Source: Bacillota bacterium
GTDB taxonomy: Bacteria; Bacillota; UBA4882; UBA10575
Direction of reading: 5' to 3'
DNA length: 32,000 bases
Assembly: GCA_012838955.1 (NCBI GenBank)
Contig: DUOH01000006.1
Span: 1-32,000, forward strand
Position 1 is the first letter of the stretch. Each line of letters starts with the position of its first letter. Made by a program: the position numbers and the translations under genes. The notes under the pieces were generated by a model. That model saw only the letters and a program-made list of their open reading frames with translations, was not told the DNA's origin and did no database searches. Shown here piece after piece: positions 1 through 8,819 of this stretch.

Positions 1-890
1 AGCGCCTCCAGATATTTGGAGACCTCGGCATCCAGATAGTCGGCGTGATGCAAGATACAAGCCTCTAAGGAAGCGGGTTCCACCGGGGAGCCCCATTCTT
101 TAAGCCCATGATGGCTGGCTAATAAATGCTGCAAAGGCCATTCATATTCCGGAGGGAAGAATTCAGCTCCTGAAGTCGAGCGCAGATCAGCAACGGCCTC
201 CGTCACCATCTGAATACCCAGGACTAAATGCCCGACCAATCTGCCTTGATCAGTCCCGGAAAAGCCCGGACCCACTTGGTAGCTTTGAAGCTTTCCCACA
301 TCATGAAGGAGAGCGCCGGTGACTAATAAGTCTTTATTCACGCCGGGATAGTTGGCGGCCACAGTCAGACAGATCTTAGTCACTCCTACCGTATGTTCCA
401 GAAGCCCGCCAAGGTACACATGGTGGTGGCGAAGAGCGGCTGGGGAGGTTTCAAATTTTTTTCTGAATTCTTCATTGGAAAAGAAGTGCTGTAGCAGGGC
501 TTGATAACAAGAGATACGCACCTCTGCGCGGGCTTGTTCCAGCTCGGACCAGAGCGCGTCCAGTTCCAGATCGGTGGCGCGCAAGAAGAGCGCCGGATCA
601 TACTGGTTTTCTTGACAGACCCGGAAAAAATCATCCTTGCCGCTGGCCTCCAACTGCAAGACGCCGTTGAAGATTTTGGCTGTCGCCTCCACCTTAATTA
701 CTCTTCCTATTTTTAGTTCATTAAATACTTCTGTACTTAGTTCCCAGACTTTCATGGCAATTTCTCCGGTTTTATCCGCCAAGCGTAAAGTAGCATAGAG
801 AGTTCCGTTTTTGGCGGTCCGCAACTGACTGTCCATAATCAGATAAAATCCGGAGACTCGTCCTTCCGCTTGGATCTCTTTAACCAACAT
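1..890 (-). CDS. yhaM: 3'-5' exoribonuclease YhaM-like (OB-fold + HD domain); C-terminus cut by the window edge
   Basis: My own minus-strand translation from the ATG at 890-888 stays open to base 1. It reads MLVKEIQAEGRVSGFYLIMDSQLRTAKNGTLYATLRLADKTGEIAMKVWE... (OB-fold-like), then ...HHHVYLGGLLEHTVGV...LLVTGALLHDVGKL...LLASHHG (HD-domain H/HD/H pattern). It is absent from the ORF track because no stop codon lies inside the window. Its start overlaps the stop of the upstream ORF by 11 nt. Confidence 0.8.
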   Translation of the reverse strand, partial: MLVKEIQAEGRVSGFYLIMDSQLRTAKNGTLYATLRLADKTGEIAMKVWELSTEVFNELKIGRVIKVEATAKIFNGVLQLEASGKDDFFRVCQENQYDPALFLRATDLELDALWSELEQARAEVRISCYQALLQHFFSNEEFRKKFETSPAALRHHHVYLGGLLEHTVGVTKICLTVAANYPGVNKDLLVTGALLHDVGKLQSYQVGPGFSGTDQGRLVGHLVLGIQMVTEAVADLRSTSGAEFFPPEYEWPLQHLLASHHGLKEWGSPVEPASLEACILHHADYLDAEVSKYLEA

Positions 891-1782
891 CCAACCCCAA
901 CTCCTTCCCTTTCTCCTGGGCGCGTCTACTGATTACCTTGACCAAACCGGCCATGGTCAATAGGTCCTCTTTATTATGGAGAAGTATCTCCTGGAGCAAA
1001 CGGGCGTCGCCGGTCTGTACAAAAGAATGATATTTCTCCGGCGCCTCCCGGCCGGAGATGGTATCCTCCCTTACTTTCGCCAAGAGGTGACTTCCGGCTG
1101 TAGTCAAACGGTAATTAGGGAGTTGTCCCTTGAAGTAACGGCGGGTTTGGCGAAACAGATCAAGTTGATGAGGAAAACCGCTCCACTCCAAACCATGGTA
1201 CTGCATTCTCCTTTTCAGGTATGGCAAGTCAAAACTTCGCCCGTTATAGCTGACTACCACCTGAAACCGGCTGAAAAGGGTTCTTGCCGCGTGCAGTATA
1301 GCCTTCTCCCCTTCGTAATCTCCGGCTAATAACTGTTGAATCAGGGGGGTGGGACCGTCGAAGTAAAAGACACCAATCAGAAAAATAGGGTGCACGGCGG
1401 AGAGTCCCAAGGTTTCCAAATCAAGAAAGACCAGATCGGACCGGGGAAAGAATCCAACCAACTCTTCCTCTTTGGCGCCATACCGGAGCAAGCGATCCAA
1501 TTTTTTCCTCCTGATCAGGTCGCATATTTCCTGAGCCGCCCGTCCCCACTTCGGATGCACGCACAACTGTTCCAAGGTCTCAAACCCGTTCTCCCGTAAA
1601 GACGCGGCGGTCTTTGGCCCAATCCCGTAAATCAAGGAAAGATGCTGTTGGATCAAGTCGGGTCCCGGATATTCCAGGACGATTCCGGTGGAACACTCTT
1701 CCTGAATCCGGTAGTACCTGCCATACTTGTTCTCTTGCTCTTCCCAGCTTGTACCCGTTTTTTCTTCGGAACAACCCGTCAC
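880..1782 (-). CDS. RNase H-like fold exonuclease, YprB family, with N-terminal helix-hairpin-helix
   Basis: 300-aa ORF with a GTG start preceded by AAGGGGGTG. HhH-like GIGPKTAASL. DEDD-type acidic motifs: VFLDLETLGL, VVSYNGRSFDLPYL, LLHNKEDLL. Confidence 0.65.
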   Translation of the reverse strand: MTGCSEEKTGTSWEEQENKYGRYYRIQEECSTGIVLEYPGPDLIQQHLSLIYGIGPKTAASLRENGFETLEQLCVHPKWGRAAQEICDLIRRKKLDRLLRYGAKEEELVGFFPRSDLVFLDLETLGLSAVHPIFLIGVFYFDGPTPLIQQLLAGDYEGEKAILHAARTLFSRFQVVVSYNGRSFDLPYLKRRMQYHGLEWSGFPHQLDLFRQTRRYFKGQLPNYRLTTAGSHLLAKVREDTISGREAPEKYHSFVQTGDARLLQEILLHNKEDLLTMAGLVKVISRRAQEKGKELGLDVG

Positions 1783-1794
1783 CGATCCACCCCC

Positions 1795-2466
1795 TTACAA
1801 GCCTAACTCCTCGCCCAACAAGAATACTTTGATCCGGCCACGATAGGGATCACGGTTTAAAACCACTGTATAATTGCAGATCCGCTCCTCGGAGCGGCAG
1901 TTATGGCAATGCCCTGTCCGGGTGCAGGGCGTATTCCTCTTTAGCCTGTAAGAATTCAGGGGCGCCGCATACTCTTTAGCCCGTAACAAGGCCCCGTCTT
2001 GATCGTGGGTAATCTTATTCGCGCCACTCACCAGAATCACATGGTCGGGCCCATACAGGACGGGCGCCACCCGGTTACCGTAGCCGTCGATCAAGACCAA
2101 GGAGCCGTCCAATCCGATCCCGTTGACACCGGAAAAAAAGTAATCAGCAGTAAGCGCCCTTTTCATGCGGCGTCCTCTTTCTTCAAGGCTGATACCGGGT
2201 TCATCCCTGTCGATGAGCTCTATGCCCCGGCCTGCCTTTTCTGCGCGTAACCAGTCAATCACCCCGCATTCCACCAGAGTTCTGGAACCCCCAAATCCAA
2301 CTGAACTACCTGCCGGGAGCAGTTCACTGATTCTGGGTAACAATTCGGAACGGTCAACCAGACAGACGGCGTCGAAACCGTTTTTCCGTAAAGCCTCGGC
2401 CGCTTCTTCTGCCATTTTTCGTAGAAACCACTTTCTTTCTTCAGCGTTGCTCTGCATCCTACTCAC
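1795..2466 (-). CDS. LUD-domain (DUF162, lactate-utilisation LutC-like) protein
   Basis: 223-aa ORF of typical family size. Shows GFGGSRTL, GVNGIGLDGSLVL and NRVAPVLYGPDHVILVSGANKI, plus a C-terminal Cys cluster (CTRTGHCHNCRSEERIC). RBS AAGGAG lies upstream. Confidence 0.65.
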   Translation of the reverse strand: MSRMQSNAEERKWFLRKMAEEAAEALRKNGFDAVCLVDRSELLPRISELLPAGSSVGFGGSRTLVECGVIDWLRAEKAGRGIELIDRDEPGISLEERGRRMKRALTADYFFSGVNGIGLDGSLVLIDGYGNRVAPVLYGPDHVILVSGANKITHDQDGALLRAKEYAAPLNSYRLKRNTPCTRTGHCHNCRSEERICNYTVVLNRDPYRGRIKVFLLGEELGL

Positions 2467-2592
2467 TCCTTATCTAACTTCAATTCAATGCTTAGCTACT
2501 CTTCTTCAAAGTTACACCCTGTACTCGACAGCAAGCCTTCAACCCCAATCTTTCTAAAGCTACTGTACTCACCAGACCTTCCTCGCTCTCAT

Positions 2593-3351
2593 CTATTGAG
2601 AACCGCTATTCTCCTCTTCCCCGGTCTCTTCCTGGTCATCCTCATCTACTTCCATATGGATCTCCACTCCTCTTATGGCCTCAAAGATCTTTTTCTGTAG
2701 ATTGATGGTGATCTCCTCTCCCCAGACTTCCTCCTGATCCCGCTGTAGATAGACGTTCCCGGAGAAAGTCATCATTTCTTCCCGGTCAAGATAGACTAGC
2801 CTTTGGGCGCTTACCGTAAAGTCTTTATGTTCCATCAGCACATCGGTAACGGCCGTAAAGTCCTTCGTCTCCGTATTAAGCTCCAGAATGTGACAGGACA
2901 AAACAATCTGCTCCTTGTCGACCTTGCCTTCTGCATCCCTGGTTTCTGCCCGCTCCAGCCGGACATTCCCGGTAAAAACTCCCCGGTCTTCCTCAAAACT
3001 AATCTCCAATTCATCTCCGGTGATGGTTACCTCTTCCTGTACCAGCTTTACCCCGCCGCTGAAGACCGCTAGCTTCTTCGCTTTGTCCATCCGAGCGCGA
3101 GGCGCGTAAATAACGGTCCGTTCCTGAGTGGCCACGAGCCTACCCTCGAGAAAAGTCTGGTCGCCATCGGTCTCTCCCCAGATCCGGTCGACCCCTGTGA
3201 CTTTGACCTTTCCGCCGGCCCGGGCCGGGCCGGAATGGTAAAACAGTATAAAACAGAGAGCAGCAAGAGTAAGTATGAACGAAAAAAAACAAGATTGGTA
3301 AGACCGCGTTGGAGTGCACGGCGATAAAAAGCTCCTTTGTTTATGGTTCAT
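2593..3351 (-). CDS. lptA: LptA-like periplasmic LPS-transport protein (OstA N-terminal beta-jellyroll repeats), acidic C-terminal tail
   Basis: 252 aa with a signal/anchor ending PARA-GG. Repeated OstA-type strands: VTITGDELEISFEEDRGVFTGNVRL, LSCHILELNTETKDFTAVTDVLMEH, FTVSAQRLVYLDREEMMTFSGNVYL. The start overlaps the lptC stop as ATGA (3348-3351). Sits in an lptD-lptC context. Confidence 0.65.
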   Translation of the reverse strand: MNHKQRSFLSPCTPTRSYQSCFFSFILTLAALCFILFYHSGPARAGGKVKVTGVDRIWGETDGDQTFLEGRLVATQERTVIYAPRARMDKAKKLAVFSGGVKLVQEEVTITGDELEISFEEDRGVFTGNVRLERAETRDAEGKVDKEQIVLSCHILELNTETKDFTAVTDVLMEHKDFTVSAQRLVYLDREEMMTFSGNVYLQRDQEEVWGEEITINLQKKIFEAIRGVEIHMEVDEDDQEETGEEENSGSQ

Positions 3352-3992
3352 AGCTCCAACTCCACCTCGATCTCTTCTTCCAAAACGTAACGTTCCTCTT
3401 TGCCATAATACTTCAGGGATTTACCGCGGGCTGTATAATCCCCCTCCTCCAGCAGGACCTCCCCGGTAAAGACGAGAGCCTCCGTATCCAAGTTTCCCGT
3501 CATTTGCTGAGCCTCGATCCGTAGATCATCATGAAAAAATATAATCTTTCCAGGAGCCTCAATCTCGTTGGTCTCCGTATTCACCTGGGCTTCCTCTGTT
3601 TCAAACCCACCCTGGTTAATACGGCCCTTGATCCCACCGCCCAACCGCAAGATATTAGTGCGCATATTCATCTCAGCCCACGGGGCGCTGAAAGAAAGAT
3701 GCTCACTTCTGCCGTTGTCTGTTGTTGTTTTGTAGATGACGGCTTCGGAGAGGTTCTGAAAGATGATGGTTTTTTCGTCCTTCGAACGCCAAATGGTCTC
3801 GGCTTTAACCTCCCACTTAGGCTCTTGCTTCTTCCAACCGATCAGATTCGATCCCAGGAGGGTCATCCCCTGCTTCCCCACGGGAATCTGCGGTGGGAGC
3901 TCTTTCCGCGGACGCCAGGTCAGGACCGCCAAGCCGACCAGGACTATTCCCCAAAAAAGTTTGGACTGAAAAACCTTAACTATGATAGACAT
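3348..3992 (-). CDS. lptC: LptC-like membrane-anchored LPS-transport protein
   Basis: The track ORF (3348-4148) overlaps the lptD 3' end. I prefer the internal ATG at 3992 (MSIIVKVFQSKLFWGIVLVGLAVLTW...), which gives a single N-terminal TM helix followed by a beta-rich periplasmic domain of LptC size. An alternative start is ATG 4043. The call rests on architecture and position between lptD and lptA. Confidence 0.5.
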   Translation of the reverse strand: MSIIVKVFQSKLFWGIVLVGLAVLTWRPRKELPPQIPVGKQGMTLLGSNLIGWKKQEPKWEVKAETIWRSKDEKTIIFQNLSEAVIYKTTTDNGRSEHLSFSAPWAEMNMRTNILRLGGGIKGRINQGGFETEEAQVNTETNEIEAPGKIIFFHDDLRIEAQQMTGNLDTEALVFTGEVLLEEGDYTARGKSLKYYGKEERYVLEEEIEVELEL

Positions 3993-4029
3993 GAGTCTCC
4001 GGACAACCTCCACACGCCGACAGGCGTCG

Positions 4030-6249
4030 TTAATTTCCGCCATAACTAAATCCCTGATCACTATTGCCAAAGCCGAATCCGGCATTGGGAAATACTTTAT
4101 ACTGGAATTGCAGGGAATACTCTTCACGGATAGTATCGTATCCCACATAGAGCTCCCGGCAATGCCAATCGTAGATCAAACCGAAACGGGATCTTTCAAA
4201 TCCGTCACCGAAGAAAGAGTATAAAACGTCTACATTGGCGGAGAGCGCCTCAAAAAGTCTCACTTTCAGCTTGGCGTCCAAATCCAGGGTGGACCAGACC
4301 TCCTCCCGGGGGTTATAGATCAGATCCAAACGGAGGTGATTATATTCATCAGGATTATAACGGGCAACCAGAGTGACAAGGCCGAATTCTCTGTCGTTAG
4401 GGTTGTATGAGGTATTAAAATCAACCCGGTTGTTCTCGTTGACATTCCACACTACGGAGGTGGTCATCAGATGCCAAGGATTTTTCTGACCGCTCAAATT
4501 ATAGCCCCCTGCCAGGTTGGCTTGGAGATACGCGCTCCGATAAGAAAGGCCGCTCCGGAAGTTTCCATATGGCATGTAGTATGAACTATTATTCACCAAC
4601 TGATAAAACCTGGTGGGTGCGGCGCCGTCCGCCTCGGTCCAGGTCAATTGATTACGCCACGTCAGTCTGGGCGTAATCTTCTGTACCCCCTCCAAACCGA
4701 AAGTTAAAGCTCTGCGCATGTACTCCCCCTGATCAACCCAGTAGTTTTGCTTACGTAACGACCCGATCAGGTTTAAACTGAAGTTACCCACCTCCAGCAG
4801 TGGTTGGGGCTGACGATTCAATACAAATTCGCTCCGTTCCCCTTCTACCATGGTGGGAACTTCCCGTAAACGCAGATAATCCAGGTTCACCTGGTAATCG
4901 CCGAGAAAATCCATATTAAACCGGGGAGTCTCCATAGAAAGATAAGGATAGCGATTCCAGTCCCGCCAATAAGGGTTGGGTTCGGATGAAAGATCCCTGG
5001 ACTCGGTGATTTCAACCCGGAACTTGAAAGGGTCACCGCCGTAAACCGCCCAATTATGATAGAAGTTAAGCGCATACCGGTACTTTTCGGTGATGCGTTG
5101 ATAACTATCTGCATAAACGGGACTCTGATAATCATAAAGCCCGGAGTAGGCTAACCTCGTTTGGCTGGTAGGCCTCCATTCCAAATTCAGCTTAGGTTCG
5201 GCATAAAAAATCGGATCATAATAATTACTGTCTACTCCCGTATCCAAAGTTAATGTGAACGGCCAGATTCTATCCCTCCCATGAAGCTGACCATATAGAC
5301 TATACTCCTCATCCCACCAGTCGTAGGGCGAAGTCCTCAACCAGTACTCATAGGCTAATGAATAATCATATATAGAATTGATCCGGTGTTTCCAGTCGAA
5401 TCCCAATTGATAATCATCGCTGAAGTACAGTTGATCGGCAAAATGATAGAGACTCACCGAGAGCTCTTTGTCTTCCTCTAATTGGAAATTATGGAGAATT
5501 CCTTCACCGACTCCTCTCCGCTGGTATAGGTCCAGAAGTAACCGGCCGTCACCTCCGGAGTTTAAATAGTATCTATATACCACTTTGAGGAACCAACCGT
5601 CTGTTTCATTATAGCCAAGAACTGTTTCATTGAAATTATTTGCCCGCTCTTTCAAAGAGTACGTCAGTTTCGGCCAGTAAAAGACGGGATATTTACCTTC
5701 GTAATATGTAATCCGGTAAAAGACAATCCGATCACCCGGGTAATACTCTACCTGCTTGGCAGTGAGATGGTAGTGGGGATTTTCCAAATCACAAGAGGTA
5801 AAGTAAGCGCTCTGAAATTTCAGCGTCTCCCCCTCGATCTCCATCTGCTCTCCGGACATGAGCATGGGTTCACCGGTCTCCGAGACCCACTCCGCATGGC
5901 AGTCCAAGAAGCTTCCTTGTTCTTGGCGAAGATTATAGGAAAGGTTCTCTCCGAAGATGACCTCTGCGTCCTGCTCCAACTCGGTCAAACCAGAAGTTTC
6001 GATCTGATCTTTCTTGACCAAAATTTTCAGTTCAGAACAGCGGATCACCGTATCCTGATATTTCAATTCCGCATTTCCCCGGGCGACGATCACCTCTCCA
6101 TCATAATCATAGGTGATCTCCTCGGCAGTGAGTACCGCTTTTTGTCCATCCTGGGTTCCTCCAGCCGCTTCCACTACGTTCAGGGGCCAAGAGCACTGCA
6201 TCAGTAGCACCCCGAGAAACGCTGCGGTTAGCTTGAGTATGAACTTCAT
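4030..6249 (-). CDS. lptD: LptD (OstA) outer-membrane LPS-assembly protein
   Basis: 739 aa with a signal peptide ending VVEA-AGG. N-terminal OstA domain (LTAEEITYDYDGEVIVARGNAELKYQDTVIRCSELKI). Then a long Tyr/Trp/Asn-rich region of alternating pattern typical of a large beta-barrel. RBS GAAGGAGG. Confidence 0.8.
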   Translation of the reverse strand: MKFILKLTAAFLGVLLMQCSWPLNVVEAAGGTQDGQKAVLTAEEITYDYDGEVIVARGNAELKYQDTVIRCSELKILVKKDQIETSGLTELEQDAEVIFGENLSYNLRQEQGSFLDCHAEWVSETGEPMLMSGEQMEIEGETLKFQSAYFTSCDLENPHYHLTAKQVEYYPGDRIVFYRITYYEGKYPVFYWPKLTYSLKERANNFNETVLGYNETDGWFLKVVYRYYLNSGGDGRLLLDLYQRRGVGEGILHNFQLEEDKELSVSLYHFADQLYFSDDYQLGFDWKHRINSIYDYSLAYEYWLRTSPYDWWDEEYSLYGQLHGRDRIWPFTLTLDTGVDSNYYDPIFYAEPKLNLEWRPTSQTRLAYSGLYDYQSPVYADSYQRITEKYRYALNFYHNWAVYGGDPFKFRVEITESRDLSSEPNPYWRDWNRYPYLSMETPRFNMDFLGDYQVNLDYLRLREVPTMVEGERSEFVLNRQPQPLLEVGNFSLNLIGSLRKQNYWVDQGEYMRRALTFGLEGVQKITPRLTWRNQLTWTEADGAAPTRFYQLVNNSSYYMPYGNFRSGLSYRSAYLQANLAGGYNLSGQKNPWHLMTTSVVWNVNENNRVDFNTSYNPNDREFGLVTLVARYNPDEYNHLRLDLIYNPREEVWSTLDLDAKLKVRLFEALSANVDVLYSFFGDGFERSRFGLIYDWHCRELYVGYDTIREEYSLQFQYKVFPNAGFGFGNSDQGFSYGGN

Positions 6250-6373
6250 TATCTACGGGGCCTCCTTCGCGCGCCGTAGTTTACCACGGTTGAGCGGGGA
6301 CCATGGACCGACTGATTACTGGGCCGGGCAGCGGTGAAAACTGCTTCATTACCTGACCGCAGGGGAAGAAAGA

Positions 6374-7450
6374 CTATCTGATGACTCTATTCAATAGAAC
6401 AACCCCGAGCGTCAAATAGATTAAATTAGGAATCCAGGCCGCCCAAAACGGGTCAATTATACTATTCACTCCGAAAGTCCGAAAGATCACTTGTGAAAAA
6501 TAGTAAGTAAAGATGAAAGCCAAACTGATCCCCATGCCCAGTACCCGGCCGCTTCTTGGCATCAAACACGAAAAAGGCAGACCGAGAATAGCTAGTACCA
6601 ATGAAGCATAAGGAACCGCCAGTTTTAGATGGTAATCCACTCTAAAAACTGAAACATCAAAACCACTCTGGCCAAAAAGTTCCATATGCTTCTTCAATTC
6701 CGCCCGGGTCATCTCTTCAGTGCTCCGGGTATCACCTAAATAGGCGCTTAAATCTTCCCCCACGTTTACATTCATCTCGGCAAATCCCGCTTCCACTTTT
6801 ACAAATCCTCGATCATCCAGTTCGTGAATGACGCCTTCCTTCAACTGCCAACTAGTCTGGTCGATCCAGCCATACCTGGCAGTTATCAGACGGGGAAACT
6901 CTGCGGTGGTGGTTGCTTCATAAATCATCACCCCTTCCAGCCGTTTCTCCAGTCCGTTAATTCGTCGCACATAAAAATACCTGTCATCCGGTCCTTTGAA
7001 ATAGACATTCTCCTCCACTTGGGGCGCTATCTCTTGAAGGCTCAACCTCCTCATTTCCTGGTGATATCGGTGATTAGCCGCAGGGACCACCCGGTCATTG
7101 AAGAAAAAAACCCCTGTGGACAAGAGCAAAGTAAAGATCAAGATCGGAGAGACCAGTCTGGGAAAGCTAATACCGCAAGTGCGCATCACATCAAGTTCCC
7201 GGTCTTTGGAGAGCCGGCCCATGCCGAAGAAGATCCCGAACAATACTGCCGCGGGAATTATATCCATCAACAGGTAGGGGATCCGGTAGTAAATTAAGAG
7301 CATCACAACGGAGAGCGGGACCCTCCGGCCCACTAAGAAGTTGTTTAATTCAAAAATCAATTCTCCTATGTAGATCACTAAAAATCCCACTGTACAGAAG
7401 ATGAACTGGACAAGGAATTCTTTCAGTAAGTAGCGGTGGATTTTTTTCAT
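6374..7450 (-). CDS. LptF/LptG-family LPS export permease (YjgP/YjgQ)
   Basis: 358 aa. N-terminus IHRYLLKEFLVQFIFCTVGFLVIY... is the family-typical start. Layout is three TM helices, a roughly 130-aa periplasmic insert, then three TM helices. Only one copy lies in the window. Confidence 0.8.
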   Translation of the reverse strand: MKKIHRYLLKEFLVQFIFCTVGFLVIYIGELIFELNNFLVGRRVPLSVVMLLIYYRIPYLLMDIIPAAVLFGIFFGMGRLSKDRELDVMRTCGISFPRLVSPILIFTLLLSTGVFFFNDRVVPAANHRYHQEMRRLSLQEIAPQVEENVYFKGPDDRYFYVRRINGLEKRLEGVMIYEATTTAEFPRLITARYGWIDQTSWQLKEGVIHELDDRGFVKVEAGFAEMNVNVGEDLSAYLGDTRSTEEMTRAELKKHMELFGQSGFDVSVFRVDYHLKLAVPYASLVLAILGLPFSCLMPRSGRVLGMGISLAFIFTYYFSQVIFRTFGVNSIIDPFWAAWIPNLIYLTLGVVLLNRVIR

Positions 7451-7533
7451 GAGAACTCCCCTCTTAATTCCGCGACATCTAAAAGGTTATTCTACATAAC
7501 TACTAAACTTCTCCTCCTAAAAAGGAAGAGAAT

Positions 7534-7539
7534 ATTATA
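7534..7539 (-). promoter_or_regulatory. candidate -10 box (TATAAT, preceded by GTG) for the lptF/G-lptD-lptC-lptA unit
   Basis: The minus strand reads GGAGTGTATAATATTC about 85 nt upstream of the lptF/G start and just downstream of the lpxD terminator. The -35 is weak. Confidence 0.3.
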
Positions 7540-7627
7540 CACTCCGGACCGCGCAGTCTTCCCTTCTTTGTCTCCGCCACCAGCGTCTCATCCCACCGGT
7601 AGAAGAGGAAGACCCCGATGGAAGAGT

Positions 7628-7656
7628 AAAAAAAACCGGAAAATATCTTTCCGGTT
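7628..7656 (-). terminator. Rho-independent terminator after lpxD
   Basis: The minus strand reads AACCGGAAA-GATAT-TTTCCGGTT followed by TTTTTT: a 9-bp perfect stem, a 5-nt loop and a U-tract. It lies 42 nt after the lpxD stop. Confidence 0.85.
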
Positions 7657-7697
7657 ATGAACTTTATTCATCTTCATTTTTCTTGAAGCCGAGCGCT

Positions 7698-8747
7698 TTA
7701 GTTATTCCCTTTTTCTTGACCTTCTTCTTCCAATTTGGCCAGTCGCTTCTCCAGATTCCTGACGATCTTAAGTAAATCCGGTAACTTACCGGCAGCGGCC
7801 TGTATTCTCATGTCTTCAGCATGAGGACGGGCCGGTTGACCGGAGACGAAAGAGTTGGGGGGCAGATTTCCGATGACCATTCCCCTGGCCGCAACCACCG
7901 AGTCTGAACCGATACTAATATGGCCGACGATGCCCGACTGTCCGGCCAAGGTAACCCGGTCGCCCAGTCTAGTGCTGCCTGCTACTCCAGACATGGAAAC
8001 GATGATATTGTCCTCGCCGACCTGCACATTATGGCCGATTTGCACCAAGTTATCAATTTTAGTCCCTTTTTTGATCAAAGTTTCACCGGTTGTAGCCCGG
8101 TCGATGGTAACATTTGCGCCAATCTCCACATCATCTTCGATTCGGACTCTGCCGACTTGCGGAACCTTGAAATGCTCTCCCTTCACCGTCACAAAGCCGA
8201 AACCATCGGCACCAATCACTGTTCCCGGATGAATGATTACTCTTTCCCCGATCTCTGTCTGATTTCGAATCACCGCGTTGGAATAGATTTCCGTATCATT
8301 ACCGATGACAGTATCATCTTCTATGACCACTCCCGGGTGAATTCGCACTCTTTCTCCGAAAGTGACATTTTTTCCTATATAAACCAGGGGACCGATACTA
8401 CAACCAGGACCGTATTTGAAACCTTCTTCAATTACCGCTGAAGGATGGATTCCTTCCACTGTTTCCGGTTTTGGATGAAAATACCAAAGAATTTTCGCAA
8501 AGGCCAATCTAGGGTTGTCCACCTTAATACAGGCCAAACCGAGTTCAGGAAGGTTACTTGGGATAATAAAAGCCGAAGCCTTACTCTCCCTGGCCAGATC
8601 AGCCACTTTGACGGTAGCCACCAACGAAATCATTCCCGGTTGCGCATCCTCTAAGCCGGCAACCCCGGTAATCTCCAAATTTTTGTCACCCACAACTTCT
8701 CCTTGCACCAGTTCTGCCAGTGTGCCCAAGGTAGCCATAAAAACCAC
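7698..8747 (-). CDS. lpxD: UDP-3-O-acylglucosamine N-acyltransferase LpxD
   Basis: 349 aa. N-terminal uridine-binding domain (LGTLAELVQGEVVGDKNLEITGVAGLEDAQPGMISLV). Long left-handed beta-helix hexapeptide repeats (IHPGVVIEDDTVIGNDTEIYSNAVIRNQTEIGERVIIHPGTVIG, DDVEIGANVTIDR). C-terminal helix. The start is GTG 8747 or ATG 8738 (AAGGAGG lies upstream). Confidence 0.92.
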   Translation of the reverse strand: MVFMATLGTLAELVQGEVVGDKNLEITGVAGLEDAQPGMISLVATVKVADLARESKASAFIIPSNLPELGLACIKVDNPRLAFAKILWYFHPKPETVEGIHPSAVIEEGFKYGPGCSIGPLVYIGKNVTFGERVRIHPGVVIEDDTVIGNDTEIYSNAVIRNQTEIGERVIIHPGTVIGADGFGFVTVKGEHFKVPQVGRVRIEDDVEIGANVTIDRATTGETLIKKGTKIDNLVQIGHNVQVGEDNIIVSMSGVAGSTRLGDRVTLAGQSGIVGHISIGSDSVVAARGMVIGNLPPNSFVSGQPARPHAEDMRIQAAAGKLPDLLKIVRNLEKRLAKLEEEGQEKGNN

Positions 8748-8819
8748 TTCCTCCTTTATAGAAAACCATCAACAAATTTTACACATTTTGGGAAGAATGT
8801 CACTTTTTCGAATAAACCA

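Noticed and set aside
3993-4148. N-terminal 52-aa extension of the lptC ORF as given in the track (start 4148)
   Set aside because: The extension overlaps the last 119 nt of lptD in another frame. An internal ATG (3992) yields the expected N-terminal TM anchor. ATG 4043 remains a possible alternative.
5767-8441. Long antisense shadow ORFs inside lptD, lptF/G and lpxD (5767-6207, 6824-7297, 7855-8232, 7920-8441). Similar ones occur inside the PBP (25919-26464), tamB (for example 15297-15602, 15637-15963) and the ADH gene (30278-30802)
   Set aside because: All lie fully inside confidently assigned genes on the opposite strand. They have no recognisable motifs or SD sequences. They are typical of stop-codon-poor antisense frames.
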